Under the pieces are notes generated by a model, which searched no databases, was not told the DNA's origin, and was given only the letters and a program-made list of their open reading frames with translations. A program made the translations under genes and the position numbers. From positions 32,001 to 96,000 of IMG/VR virus record IMGVR_UViG_2912765049_000001: a stretch of 64,000 nucleotides of DNA; one strand, given 5' to 3'. This DNA comes from a virus. Taxonomy: Duplodnaviria; Caudoviricetes. This document shows positions 1 through 8,945 of this stretch, one piece after another. Position 1 is the stretch's first letter. Each line of letters begins with the position of its first letter.

Positions 1-1325
1 GCGTTGGCGTGGAGCTTCTGGCACAGGTCGACCAGCTCCGGCCCGTACAGCGCGACCGCGACCTGCGGGCCGGCCAACTCGTACGTGGCCAGCACCAGCC
101 CGGGGTCGCCGTCGTACTTGTAGGCGGCCCACGCCTCGGCCCGCATTCGCTTACGGGTCTCTTCGTCGAGGTCCTCGAGGCCCGCACACTGCGGGTAGTC
201 GTCGTCCTCGGCCTGCCGCTCGCGGGTCTCCTGCACCGCCGCGGCGAAGTCGGGATTCGGCGCGACCGCGTTGGCCCAGTCCTGCTGCAGCTGGGCATCG
301 CCTTCGCGGACGGCCCGCTCCCGCAGCAGCCAGCTAGCGATGTACGTGTGGGGCCGGGTCGGCCGCCAGTCCAGGCCGGCCACGACCGAGGGCGAGATGT
401 CCCGCAGCCAGACGTCGACCTGCTGCTCGGTGCATCCCTCGGCGAGCTTGTCGACCAGCACCCACGACAACTCGCTGATCTTGGCTCGCTGGGTCCAGTT
501 GTGCAGCGGGCGCAGTCGGCGAGCGAGACGGTCGGCGGCCTGGAACAGGGCAGCGGTCACCTTGTGGCCCAGGGTGCTCGTCTTCGGCGGCTTGATCCTC
601 GAGGCCCGCGCGCTGCGCGTAGCTTTCTCTTTCCCACCATCAACATCAGCAGGTACGTGGGCGGAACCACCACGAGAAGGGGGCGCAAGGCGCCCCGCAG
701 CCGACTCCTTCGCCTTCGCCACAGCCTGCTCCCGGCCGGCCTCCGTGAAGCCGATGACCGTCGCCTCGTAGCCGGTGCCTCGTAGCCGGTGGCCCTTGGC
801 GGCGTCGTACGCGAGCGGGATGGTCGCGCCGTAGATCGTGGCGGTGGCGGTGTACTTCCGGCCCGGCAGACGCAGGTTGCGCTTGGAACCGTGCTCGAGC
901 CAGACCAGGGCGCCGAGTTCGCGGAGGTACGCCACGTGCCGCTTCACCGTGGACTTGTCCACCTTCAGCTTGGCCGCGGTGCCCAGGAGGTCGTACAGGA
1001 CGATGCCCCGCCGGTAGTCCATGCGGGCGGCCAGGTCCATCGCCACGCGCATTGTGGTGAGGGTGGCCTTCGGGTGGAGCTTCGCTTCGAAGATCAGCCA
1101 GTCCAGCGCGACCAGCCAGTCGCGCGGCTCGCAGCGGCGCGAGGCGGTGTGCATGACGTCCTGGGCGCTGCCGCGGACCAACTCGAAGCGGTCGCGCGCG
1201 GCCTCGGCCGACGGCGTGGAGGGGTCAGGTTTGGGCGCAGATGTGTCGCCCGCAGGGGTGGTGAAGGGCTCGACACTCCCCATTTGGGCAGGGTCGAGCT
1301 GACAAACGGCAGCGCTGTGCTGCAT
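1..1325 (-). CDS. Putative plasmid replication initiator (HTH-containing Rep-like), 3' end beyond window
   Basis: Not in ORF track because no stop in window. ATG at 1325, reads MQHSAAV...LGTAAKLKVDKSTVKRHVAYLRELGALVW (wHTH-like) and is in the same frame at the window edge. Terminal gene of the leftward arm; resembles Streptomyces circular-plasmid Rep proteins from memory. Confidence 0.6.
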   Translation of the reverse strand, partial: MQHSAAVCQLDPAQMGSVEPFTTPAGDTSAPKPDPSTPSAEAARDRFELVRGSAQDVMHTASRRCEPRDWLVALDWLIFEAKLHPKATLTTMRVAMDLAARMDYRRGIVLYDLLGTAAKLKVDKSTVKRHVAYLRELGALVWLEHGSKRNLRLPGRKYTATATIYGATIPLAYDAAKGHRLRGTGYEATVIGFTEAGREQAVAKAKESAAGRLAPPSRGGSAHVPADVDGGKEKATRSARASRIKPPKTSTLGHKVTAALFQAADRLARRLRPLHNWTQRAKISELSWVLVDKLAEGCTEQQVDVWLRDISPSVVAGLDWRPTRPHTYIASWLLRERAVREGDAQLQQDWANAVAPNPDFAAAVQETRERQAEDDDYPQCAGLEDLDEETRKRMRAEAWAAYKYDGDPGLVLATYELAGPQVAVALYGPELVDLCQKLHAN

Positions 1326-1636
1326 TATGGGCTCGTCGTCCTCTCCGGAGGGCGGCAAAACGAGACCCCTCCTGGGGGCTCATTTGCCTTTCGAAGCACG
1401 AAGGGGGCGTGAAAACGGCCTCTCGGAAGTGCTTCTGAAGGTGGGTGTTTGAGCAGTAACCCGCCCCTGTGATGGGCGGTGAAGTCCCGAACGGCCGAGT
1501 AGCGACCGGGCGATCGGGCCCTAGTGGGAAGTGCAGGCGGGCACCTGAACTGACCACCGTTGGAAGTGGCCGCGCGTGGCTCGACTGGTTGACGGGCAAT
1601 CAACTGGTCGGCGAACAGCGGCCGGCGGAGGGTTCC

Positions 1637-1655
1637 GTGATTGCGGGGCAATCAC
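1637..1655. promoter_or_regulatory. Palindromic operator/parS-like site GTGATTGC-N3-GCAATCAC, copy 1
   Basis: Perfect 8-bp arms; recurs at 8039 and 26248. Confidence 0.7.
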
Positions 1656-2107
1656 CTCCGCGGCAGACCTACGTCATGCCAGCCCCCCTTCGGGGGAGGA
1701 CCTGGCCATCCCTTTTCCGCTGCGAGATCACGCCGAAGACGGCGCCGCCGGTGCGGAATCGAGGAAGAAGAACAGTCCGAGACATGCCAAGACCTGCCCT
1801 CGGGCGTGGCGCGTATGCGCTGCCCGGGTGGGTCCTCATGTGCCGTGCACTGGATGCACGGGTACGATGGCTCATGCCTCGGCCGTCCCAACACGGTCTC
1901 GGCGCTTTTTCGGCCCTCGTTACCCCGGCGTCCACTCCGGGGGTGGCGGGGGCCATAAGCGTTTTCGGACTAGTGCGGCCACCGGATCCGTGATCCCCAA
2001 ATATGGCCAGGGCTGAGCCTACCTCTGCGACCGCGTGGATTGCGACCACCTTCACTCCGACGTGTCGCATCGACTTTTCGCAGGTGTTCACGGCGTTTTC
2101 CTTCCTG

Positions 2108-2557
2108 TCAGGCTGCCGCAGCGGCAGGGGCGTTGGTGGTGTCGCCGGTCGCGGCGCGACGGCGGTTGCGGGCCTGGGTGCCGGCGGCCCGGCAGGGCTC
2201 GCAGGGGCAACGGCGCTTGGTGTAGCTCGACTCCGTGCCGTGCTGGTCGACCTGGAGCTCCGGCCCGGCCGCGCGCCGCGCCTGCTTGCCTGCTTTCTGA
2301 GCGAGCGTCAGGGCTGCCGCGAACACCGAGTCGTGCTGGCGCAGGTTGTACACCGGGGTCCTCGACAGCCCGGCCGATGCTGCGGCCTCGGCCACCGTGG
2401 CACCCCGGCTGATGTCGGTGAGCAGCTGCTCGATCTGCTCCGGGTTGGTCAGGGCCGGCGGCCGGCCCCGGCCGCGCCGCACCGGTACAGCGGGTGCGGC
2501 GGTGCGCGGCTCGTCGTCCGCGGGCGCCGGGCGCAGGGGGAGGAGGGCCGTCGTCAC
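2108..2557 (-). CDS. HTH DNA-binding protein with AT-hook-like motif and Cys/His motif
   Basis: GTG overlaps upstream TGA; RGRGRPP; TVAEAAASAGLSRTPVYNLR; HGTESSYTKRRCPCEPCR. Confidence 0.7.
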   Translation of the reverse strand: MTTALLPLRPAPADDEPRTAAPAVPVRRGRGRPPALTNPEQIEQLLTDISRGATVAEAAASAGLSRTPVYNLRQHDSVFAAALTLAQKAGKQARRAAGPELQVDQHGTESSYTKRRCPCEPCRAAGTQARNRRRAATGDTTNAPAAAAA

Positions 2558-3156
2558 GCGGCGGCCTCCAGCTCGGGGCCGGACGGCCGCTCGCCGGAGA
2601 TTCGCTTGGCGGCCTCCTCGAGGAGCGCGGGCACCGTCAGCTCGTCGGAGTGGAAGCCGAGCTGCTCGCACATCTGGGCGTACACCCAGCGGACGTTGGG
2701 GTAGGGCCGCTTCATCGTCTCGGCCGCGGCCCGCAGGTCCGGCTGCTCGGCCAGGGCCTGCAGCAGTGACGCCTGCGCCGGGGAGGGCTCCCAGTTCTCC
2801 GTCGGCTGGGGCCGCTTGTCGCCCTGGCGGGCGAGCCGGGCGCGCCGCTTCTTCTGTGCCCGGCGCTCCGCACGGCGTTCGTCGGCGGTCATCCCGCCCC
2901 ACACGCCGTCGGACTCCCACCATCCGCTGCCGCCGAGGGCGTAGGCGCGGCAGGCCGCCAGGACCGGGCAGCCGCTCAGGCAGACCTTCTTGGCGTCCCG
3001 CTCGTTGGCGGCACCGGGCGTGTAGAAGAGGTCCGGGTCGATGACGAACTCGCCGAGTTCGTCGGTGACCGCGCACAACCGCAGCGGCCAGTTCGGGTGG
3101 GCTTCGAGTTCGGAGAGGGCGGCGTTCTGGTCGGGGCTGAGCATGTCGATCCTCAC
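2554..3156 (-). CDS. whiB: WhiB-family Fe-S regulator with C-terminal extension
   Basis: Four Cys (LC..., CLSGCPVLAAC), DLFY, GVWGGMTADERR; GTGA coupling. Confidence 0.9.
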   Translation of the reverse strand: MRIDMLSPDQNAALSELEAHPNWPLRLCAVTDELGEFVIDPDLFYTPGAANERDAKKVCLSGCPVLAACRAYALGGSGWWESDGVWGGMTADERRAERRAQKKRRARLARQGDKRPQPTENWEPSPAQASLLQALAEQPDLRAAAETMKRPYPNVRWVYAQMCEQLGFHSDELTVPALLEEAAKRISGERPSGPELEAAA

Positions 3157-3365
3157 TCCTCGCGGGCCTGCGCCCGGATAATCACGTCGGTGGCCTCGGC
3201 GACGACGAGCGTCGCGGCCAGCTCGGACCGGGTCCGGCGGTGCACAGCACGCTCGAGGACCCGCTCCAGCCGTTCGCCGGCCAGGGCCTGGTCGACCCGG
3301 CGGCGGTGCCACCACAAGACGGCAGCACCGGTGAGCGCCGCGGCGGCAAGGCAGCGGATGCGCAT
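3153..3365 (-). CDS. Small membrane-anchored hypothetical protein
   Basis: GGAGG RBS; N-terminal hydrophobic helix. Confidence 0.6.
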   Translation of the reverse strand: MRIRCLAAAALTGAAVLWWHRRRVDQALAGERLERVLERAVHRRTRSELAATLVVAEATDVIIRAQAREE

Positions 3366-3422
3366 GGGAGTTCACCTCCGTCCACGGCGCGGTCGGGGCC
3401 AGGGCGACCCGGCGGGCGGCGG

Positions 3423-4688
3423 TCATGCCGCCAGCCCGAGGGGTTCGAGTTCCTGGCCGGTGATGAATTCGAAGGCCATCGCCCCCAGGTCGCGGGCGAT
3501 GTTGCCGGTGACGGCATTGCCGACCATCGAGATCAGCTGCTTGTCGCGGTCCTGCTTCTTCTCGGCGGTGGCGATCAGCTCGTAGTCGGCGGGGAAGGTC
3601 ATGGCGACCTTCCGTTCGTCGATCGTCACGAGCCGGGCGTGCCGATCGCGGACGTCGGCAGCGGTTCCGCTGACCCACAGGTGGTGGTTGCCGCCTGCGG
3701 TCAGCGTTGACAGGGGCCGGCTGGTGGGCCGGTGCGTGGAGCCGCCACCCCGCAGCTCGGCGATGAACGGGGCGCCGCCGTACTTGAGGTGCCCGTCCTG
3801 GATCTTTCGCCAGGTGTTCGCGTTGTGCGGGCGGAGGTAGCGGTCGCCGATCAGCGGGCCGGGGTTGGAGAAGTCCAGGACCTCGGCGATCGGGCGCAGC
3901 GCGTACGGCTCCAGGTCCACGGTGGCGCACGCCTTGTGAGGGCAGCGCCAGGTGTACTGGGAGATGTACTTGCCCCACGGCCGCTGCGGCGAGCAGGAGT
4001 CCGTCAGCTTCCAGCTCTGCAGCGCCTGCACCTTCCCGTGCCGGGCGCACACCACGAGCGGGCGCATCCACTTGTCGAAGTTCGGCGTGCGGCCGACGGA
4101 CTCGTGCCACAGCACGACGTACATGCGGTCCCGGCTGGTGTGCGCGGCCGGCCCGTAGGCGGCGGCGTGCGCAGAGTTCGCGTAGACGATGCGGTGGCGG
4201 TAGCCCCACGCACGCAACTGGGCGAGCCACGCGTTGAAGGCGGCGCCCTTGTTGTGCTTCGGCCCCCACAAGCGAGCCTCGACCACGTTCTCCACGACGA
4301 TGAACAGGTACTGGTGGAACTCAGCGAACCTCGGGACACAGTGCATGGTGGCCCGCGAGCGGATGGCGGTTTCGTCGGCGCCGGTCGTGGAGAACAGGCC
4401 GTCGACGAACTCGCCCTGCAGCCGCGGCTGGCCCTGCGCGACGGTGTGGTGAGTGCATTCCGGGCTCGACCACAGCGCGTGGGTCCGCGGCCACGCCGAC
4501 GGCACCACCTGCGAGAGGTCTGCCAGGTGCACCCGGACATGCTGGTGGTTGGCCTTGTAGGTGGCCGTGCAGTGTGCGGCGTGGTTGCCGGCCTGGACGA
4601 CGACCGTGCCGGGCACCTGCTCGAGGCCCCCGGGCACACCCCCGCCCCCGCCGAACTGGTCGCTCCACGTCACGGCGAACGCTGCCAT
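3423..4688 (-). CDS. Orphan DNA (cytosine-5) methyltransferase
   Basis: Motif I-like DQFGGGGG, motif IV SPECT, motif VI VENV, motif VIII TSRDRMY, motif X GNAV; TGATG coupling. Confidence 0.9.
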   Translation of the reverse strand: MAAFAVTWSDQFGGGGGVPGGLEQVPGTVVVQAGNHAAHCTATYKANHQHVRVHLADLSQVVPSAWPRTHALWSSPECTHHTVAQGQPRLQGEFVDGLFSTTGADETAIRSRATMHCVPRFAEFHQYLFIVVENVVEARLWGPKHNKGAAFNAWLAQLRAWGYRHRIVYANSAHAAAYGPAAHTSRDRMYVVLWHESVGRTPNFDKWMRPLVVCARHGKVQALQSWKLTDSCSPQRPWGKYISQYTWRCPHKACATVDLEPYALRPIAEVLDFSNPGPLIGDRYLRPHNANTWRKIQDGHLKYGGAPFIAELRGGGSTHRPTSRPLSTLTAGGNHHLWVSGTAADVRDRHARLVTIDERKVAMTFPADYELIATAEKKQDRDKQLISMVGNAVTGNIARDLGAMAFEFITGQELEPLGLAA

Positions 4689-5521
4689 CAGGCCGCCTCC
4701 GCTCGCCGGTTGGCCCGCGCGAACGCCTGGTCGACCGCGGCCTTCGTGACCCCGATCCGCTCGGCGGCCTGCTGCCGGGTGTACCCGCACGTCTCCATCA
4801 GCCAGGAGATGTCCTCGACGAGCGCGGCCGTCCGGGTCGCGCGGGCTCCGAGGTCGGGGACTGCCGCCGGGTCGTCGATCGACTCGTCGTCCCAGGCGAG
4901 GGGGGAGGGCCATCCGGCTGCCGCGGCGCGCGCCAGGGTACGGGTGATGCCGCGGGCGGTGGCGCCGAAGGCGCGCGGGTCCGCGTTCCACGCCCGGTCG
5001 TACAGGGCGGCCACCCGCTGAGCCATGCCCACGGTGACGGTGGCCTGGCTGAGCATGGTGTGGAAGTTCATCGGGTGCATATCCAGCTCACCGGCCAGCA
5101 CCGCGTTGGGGAAGCCCATCGCCCCCAGCGCCCGCACGCGCCGTAATGAGCCGGTGGCGTCGATCGGTATCCGGGAGGGCGGCGCCGCCGGGTCGGCACG
5201 CAGGACCAGGAGCGCCCGGGCGTGGTGGGCGCGGATCTGCTGGGAGGGCGCCCTCCCCAGTGAGGGCCGGCCGTACAGCAGTCGCTCGAGGACGCCGTGC
5301 GACATGCAGGCGGCCGTGGCGAGGTGACGGCGCTGCATCCCGGCCTCCATGAGCCCCCGCACGTGGGTACGCACAGGCTCGGCGTCGACATACGGCTGCC
5401 ACCGCCGAAGGATGATCTGCTTCTGCCGGTTGGCGACGTACGCGGCGTTGGCAGCGCGGCAGATCGGGCACCGGCACCCCTCGCGCTTGTACTTCGCGTA
5501 ACCGTGCTCGCGGTCGGCCAC
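4688..5521 (-). CDS. Actinophage-type multi-HTH DNA-binding protein with N-terminal Cys motif
   Basis: HGYAKYKREGCRCPICR; WQPYVDAEPVRTHV; PLAWDDESIDDP; C-terminal QQAAERIGVTKAAV; one TTA codon at 5144-5146. Confidence 0.75.
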   Translation of the reverse strand: MADREHGYAKYKREGCRCPICRAANAAYVANRQKQIILRRWQPYVDAEPVRTHVRGLMEAGMQRRHLATAACMSHGVLERLLYGRPSLGRAPSQQIRAHHARALLVLRADPAAPPSRIPIDATGSLRRVRALGAMGFPNAVLAGELDMHPMNFHTMLSQATVTVGMAQRVAALYDRAWNADPRAFGATARGITRTLARAAAAGWPSPLAWDDESIDDPAAVPDLGARATRTAALVEDISWLMETCGYTRQQAAERIGVTKAAVDQAFARANRRAEAA

Positions 5522-6468
5522 TACGCCGCCCCCTGCTGGGCGTTGGCCTGCTGGCTGCGGGCGTACGCCCGGGAGAGCCGGAAGGAGACGAGGTCGCCGA
5601 GGGTCGTCAGCTTCCCCTGGTGGTCGATGGCGGCCATGCCCGCCGCCCGGCACTCCTGGATCTCGCGGGCCAGCTCGGACAGCGACTCGTACGTGGCCTC
5701 GCCGTCGTACGCGCGGTGCAGCATGTCGGTGCGCGGAGCACGGTCGACTCCTTCGTCGGCCCACTTCCTCAGCGCGGCCCCGACGGCGACGGCGTCCGTG
5801 AGGACCTCGTCGGCGAGGGCGGGCGCGGCGGACTTGGTGACCACCATCTCGTGGGTCGGCAGCAGGGACGCCGCGAAGTCGACGTCGTACTCGAGGCCGT
5901 CGCGGGCCTCGGCGCGCATACTCACCCGGGTGGGCACCGTGCGCCCGGCGGCGTCGGTGGCCAGAACGGCTTCCAGGCGGTTACGCAGGACGCCGATGAC
6001 GTGGCCGGGGAAGCACTGCACCGCCTCGATCATCTGCCGTTCCACGGGCCGGACTTCGTCCCAGGCCGCATCCCTGCCGCCCTTGCCGCCGCGCTGGGCG
6101 ACCTGGTCGCGGACGCCCTCGGGGCCGCTCCAGAACGCGGACCAGCTGGCGAGCACGACCACGTCGTATGAGGCTGCGGCGTACAGCGCCAGGCAGAGGT
6201 CCTTCGGGTCGAACGAGGTCATCTCCGTGACGTCGAACGTGACCTCGTCGGCGTACTGCCGGGACCTGCCACGCTCGGTGTCGATGACCGCGATGGTGTC
6301 GCCCAGGGCGGAGGCCATCCGCAGAGCGGAGATCAACCGGTTGGAACCAGGCGGGCCGTCGAGGAGCGCACGTACGGGACGGGCTTCCTTCGCGGCCTGC
6401 GCGAACTGAAATTGGGTGTGCGGAACCAGGCCGCCCGCGGATGCGGGGGCCTCGGCGGCGGTCGCCAT
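5521..6468 (-). CDS. AAA_24/Sak4-like ATPase-fold protein with degenerate Walker motifs
   Basis: IAVIDTERG, RDGLEYDVD, VTKS family motifs; P-loop reads GPPGSNRL. Confidence 0.75.
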   Translation of the reverse strand: MATAAEAPASAGGLVPHTQFQFAQAAKEARPVRALLDGPPGSNRLISALRMASALGDTIAVIDTERGRSRQYADEVTFDVTEMTSFDPKDLCLALYAAASYDVVVLASWSAFWSGPEGVRDQVAQRGGKGGRDAAWDEVRPVERQMIEAVQCFPGHVIGVLRNRLEAVLATDAAGRTVPTRVSMRAEARDGLEYDVDFAASLLPTHEMVVTKSAAPALADEVLTDAVAVGAALRKWADEGVDRAPRTDMLHRAYDGEATYESLSELAREIQECRAAGMAAIDHQGKLTTLGDLVSFRLSRAYARSQQANAQQGAA

Positions 6469-6554
6469 GAGGTGGGTCTCCTATGCGGTTGTTCTGTCGC
6501 GGAGGGCCGGGCCGGTGTCGGCTTCCAGCCCGCAGGGCGCCCCCGCGCGGCGTC

Positions 6555-7097
6555 TTACTCCTGGTCCAGCTCGCCGGCCAGGTAGTCCTCACGCAGGTAC
6601 TGGGTGATCACCCGGGACGGATTGACGAGGAACTTCAGGCGCTCCTTGTCGGCCTTGCAGCGGGCCTCGATCGGCGCCCAGTCGTCGTCGCTCATGCGCA
6701 GGCTGGCGCTCGGCAGCGACTTGACCGGCTTCTCGCCCGCCGCCCGGCGCGGTGCCCGCACCGGTTTGACCGGCGTGATGCCGCCCTCGAGGTACTTCGT
6801 GAACCCGCCGCGCAGCACGTCGGCGAGGCTGCGGTGTTCGCGCTTGGCCTTCTTCTCCGCCGCGTCCTTCACGTCCTGCGGGATGTACAGCGGCCGGGAC
6901 GGCAGGTCTCCCGAGTCGTCGCGCACCGCCCACACCGCGCGGCCGGCGGCCCGGGCGAGCGCGCCGAACGCATCGGCGCTGCCCTCGAGCACCCCGAAGT
7001 CGGTCTTCAACTTGGCGACGCCGCCCTCGGCGATCACCTCGTAGGACGTCTTGTCGGTCAGGCGGAACACGGGGACGGAGGGCTGCTCGTCAGCCAC
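6555..7097 (-). CDS. Tandem ribbon-helix-helix-like regulator
   Basis: Two RHH-like units: RPLYIPQDVKDAAEKKAKREHRSLADVLRGGF and ASLRMSDDDWAPIEARC...PSRVITQYL; first gene left of the divergent switch. Confidence 0.6.
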   Translation of the reverse strand: MADEQPSVPVFRLTDKTSYEVIAEGGVAKLKTDFGVLEGSADAFGALARAAGRAVWAVRDDSGDLPSRPLYIPQDVKDAAEKKAKREHRSLADVLRGGFTKYLEGGITPVKPVRAPRRAAGEKPVKSLPSASLRMSDDDWAPIEARCKADKERLKFLVNPSRVITQYLREDYLAGELDQE

Positions 7098-7243
7098 GGC
7101 GGTTGATCCTCTCGACGGCGGGCCGCGCCGGACCCTGACCGGCGCGTCGGCGTACGACATGTACGACCTCACTTTCGCAGAACCGTGCCGGAGGTCCCGG
7201 TGGTGCGTGCTGCACCAACCGTCCCGGCGGCCCCACGATAACT

Positions 7244-7281
7244 AAAACCCTATACGTAAGCAATGGGTTTTGGGTATGGTG
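7244..7281 (+). promoter_or_regulatory. Promoter/operator of rightward arm
   Basis: AAAACCC-TATACGTAAGCAAT-GGGTTTT inverted repeat; TATACG-18 nt-TATGGT; near-identical copy at 39023-39060 (-). Confidence 0.75.
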
Positions 7282-7349
7282 TGGTCGTCCGGCACGTCGA
7301 CTACGAAAGGAGGACAGGGCCGCTCCGCCCGAATCCGCCAATGCCCACC

Positions 7350-7721
7350 ATGCCATTCAGCGAGTTCTTCGCGAACCTCATCGCGGAACACGCCACCGAT
7401 CCGCCCGCTCCGGAGCCAGTGCCGCCGCCGGCCGTGACGGTCGAACTGGTCCCCGTTGATCCTGACGTGCCCAGCGCCCACGTCGCCTACGCCTTCAACC
7501 CGCACGAGGGCGCCCGCTCCCAGGCCAACTACCACCTGCGCCTGGACCAGGATCTCAACGCCGGGCGCCTGGTACGCAAGAGGGGCGACGCCCTGTGCAA
7601 GCCGCAGGCGAAGTTCTGGGGGCTGGAGCCCACCCGGCCGGCCGACCGCCGCGCCCCCTCCTGCCCGACCTGTATCGAGCGAGCCGAGCGCTACGGCATC
7701 ACCGTCCGGCAGGCCGCATGA
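7350..7721 (+). CDS. Hypothetical protein (Cys motifs)
   Basis: GC3-biased codons; ATGA overlap with next gene; start uncertain. Confidence 0.65.
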   Translation: MPFSEFFANLIAEHATDPPAPEPVPPPAVTVELVPVDPDVPSAHVAYAFNPHEGARSQANYHLRLDQDLNAGRLVRKRGDALCKPQAKFWGLEPTRPADRRAPSCPTCIERAERYGITVRQAA

Positions 7722-7966
7722 GCCAGACCGAGCAGGAGACGGCCAAACCGAAGCGGCACCGGTGGGACAAGATCAACGACTACCGCAAGCGGTGCGGGGA
7801 CTGCGGCATGCTCGCCGACCGCCGCCCGCACCCCTACCGCCGCCAGTGGTGGACCGAGTGGACGCTGGGCGAGAAGTCCTGGAACACGCTCCAGGGCGAC
7901 AAGACCCCGCCCTGCCAGCCCAAAGACGAAGACCGCCAGCCCCAAGACGAGGCGGCGGCCCAGTAG
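7718..7966 (+). CDS. Small Zn-ribbon-like hypothetical protein
   Basis: HRW...CGDCG; coupled start. Confidence 0.65.
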   Translation: MSQTEQETAKPKRHRWDKINDYRKRCGDCGMLADRRPHPYRRQWWTEWTLGEKSWNTLQGDKTPPCQPKDEDRQPQDEAAAQ

Positions 7967-8038
7967 TTCACACCGCGTACGGCGCGGCCAGCGTAACCGA
8001 TCTTCATTTCACAGCACAGCCCCAAAATCCCCACAGGC

Positions 8039-8057
8039 GTGATTGCCGCGCAATCAC
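8039..8057. promoter_or_regulatory. Palindromic site GTGATTGC-N3-GCAATCAC, copy 2
   Basis: Intergenic, just upstream of DUF4326 gene. Confidence 0.7.
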
Positions 8058-8088
8058 CCCACCCGCCCCAGCAGAAACGGAGACCCAG

Positions 8089-8556
8089 TTGAGCACCCCC
8101 GCCCTGCCCGTGAGGAGGAAACGCGAGCGCACCGAGGGCTGGCGCAAGGGCGACGGTGTCATCGTCGACCGCACCACCCGGGACTTCGGCAACCCCTTCA
8201 CGCTCGACTGGGCCTACACGCTGAAACTGGCCGAGCGCGGCGACCGCGCCAAAGCGCACGAGGCCGTCGTCGACCTGTACCGCAAGTGGCTGGCCGGCGA
8301 CCGCACCTACTTCAACGACGCCGAGTACGACCTGCAGCGCGACCGCGTCCTCGACCGCCTGGAAGAGCTGCGCGGCAAGGACCTCATCTGCCCCTGCGAA
8401 CTGGGCCTGGCCTGCCACGCCGACGTGCTCATGCAGTGGGCCAACGCCGACCCGGCCGAGACCGCGCGGTACGTCACCCTCGCCCGGCGCCGCGTCGACC
8501 GCTCGAGGGCCCGGCGCGGCGAGACCCCGCTGCAGCACCTGCGGGACGCTGCGTGA
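8089..8556 (+). CDS. DUF4326-domain protein
   Basis: FGNPF...LEELRGKDLICPC...CHADVL; TTG start after GGAG. Confidence 0.85.
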   Translation: MSTPALPVRRKRERTEGWRKGDGVIVDRTTRDFGNPFTLDWAYTLKLAERGDRAKAHEAVVDLYRKWLAGDRTYFNDAEYDLQRDRVLDRLEELRGKDLICPCELGLACHADVLMQWANADPAETARYVTLARRRVDRSRARRGETPLQHLRDAA

Positions 8557-8945
8557 CCGCCGTCGCGGCGGTCGTGCCGAGCATGCCCGAGGCCGACGCG
8601 GCCTGGATCCGCGACCACGTCCTTGCCCCGCTGGAGATCCCGCCCGCGGAAACCGAATGCCCCTGCCAGATCACCTCCAACGCCTGCCGGTACGACCGGC
8701 ACGGCGAGTGCGGCCACGAACAGTGGATCGCCTGGGGCGGCTACGAGCACGAGACCGTCATCGGCCAGGGCTTCGGCCCCTTCCCCTGCCGCGGGAGCTT
8801 CCCTCTCGGCAGTACCGCCACCGTCTACCTCGCCGACCGGCGCTGCCGCGTCCGGTGCAACTGCCGCTGCCACCAGCCCCCGCCCGAGCCCAGCTCCACT
8901 CCCACCCACACCGAGCAACTCGATCTGTTCACGGAGGAGTTATGA
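8553..8945 (+). CDS. Cys-rich hypothetical protein (DUF6248-like)
   Basis: AAWIRDHV, CPCQ, CNCRCH, C-terminal QLDLF; GTGA coupling. Confidence 0.65.
   Translation: MTAVAAVVPSMPEADAAWIRDHVLAPLEIPPAETECPCQITSNACRYDRHGECGHEQWIAWGGYEHETVIGQGFGPFPCRGSFPLGSTATVYLADRRCRVRCNCRCHQPPPEPSSTPTHTEQLDLFTEEL

Noticed and set aside
767-793. Tandem CCTCGTAGCCGGTG repeat as iteron
   Set aside because: Only two overlapping copies, inside rep coding sequence
1669-2091. 140-aa ORF upstream of rep
   Set aside because: RBS-like sequence is present but codon bias is weak and there are no motifs; left unannotated
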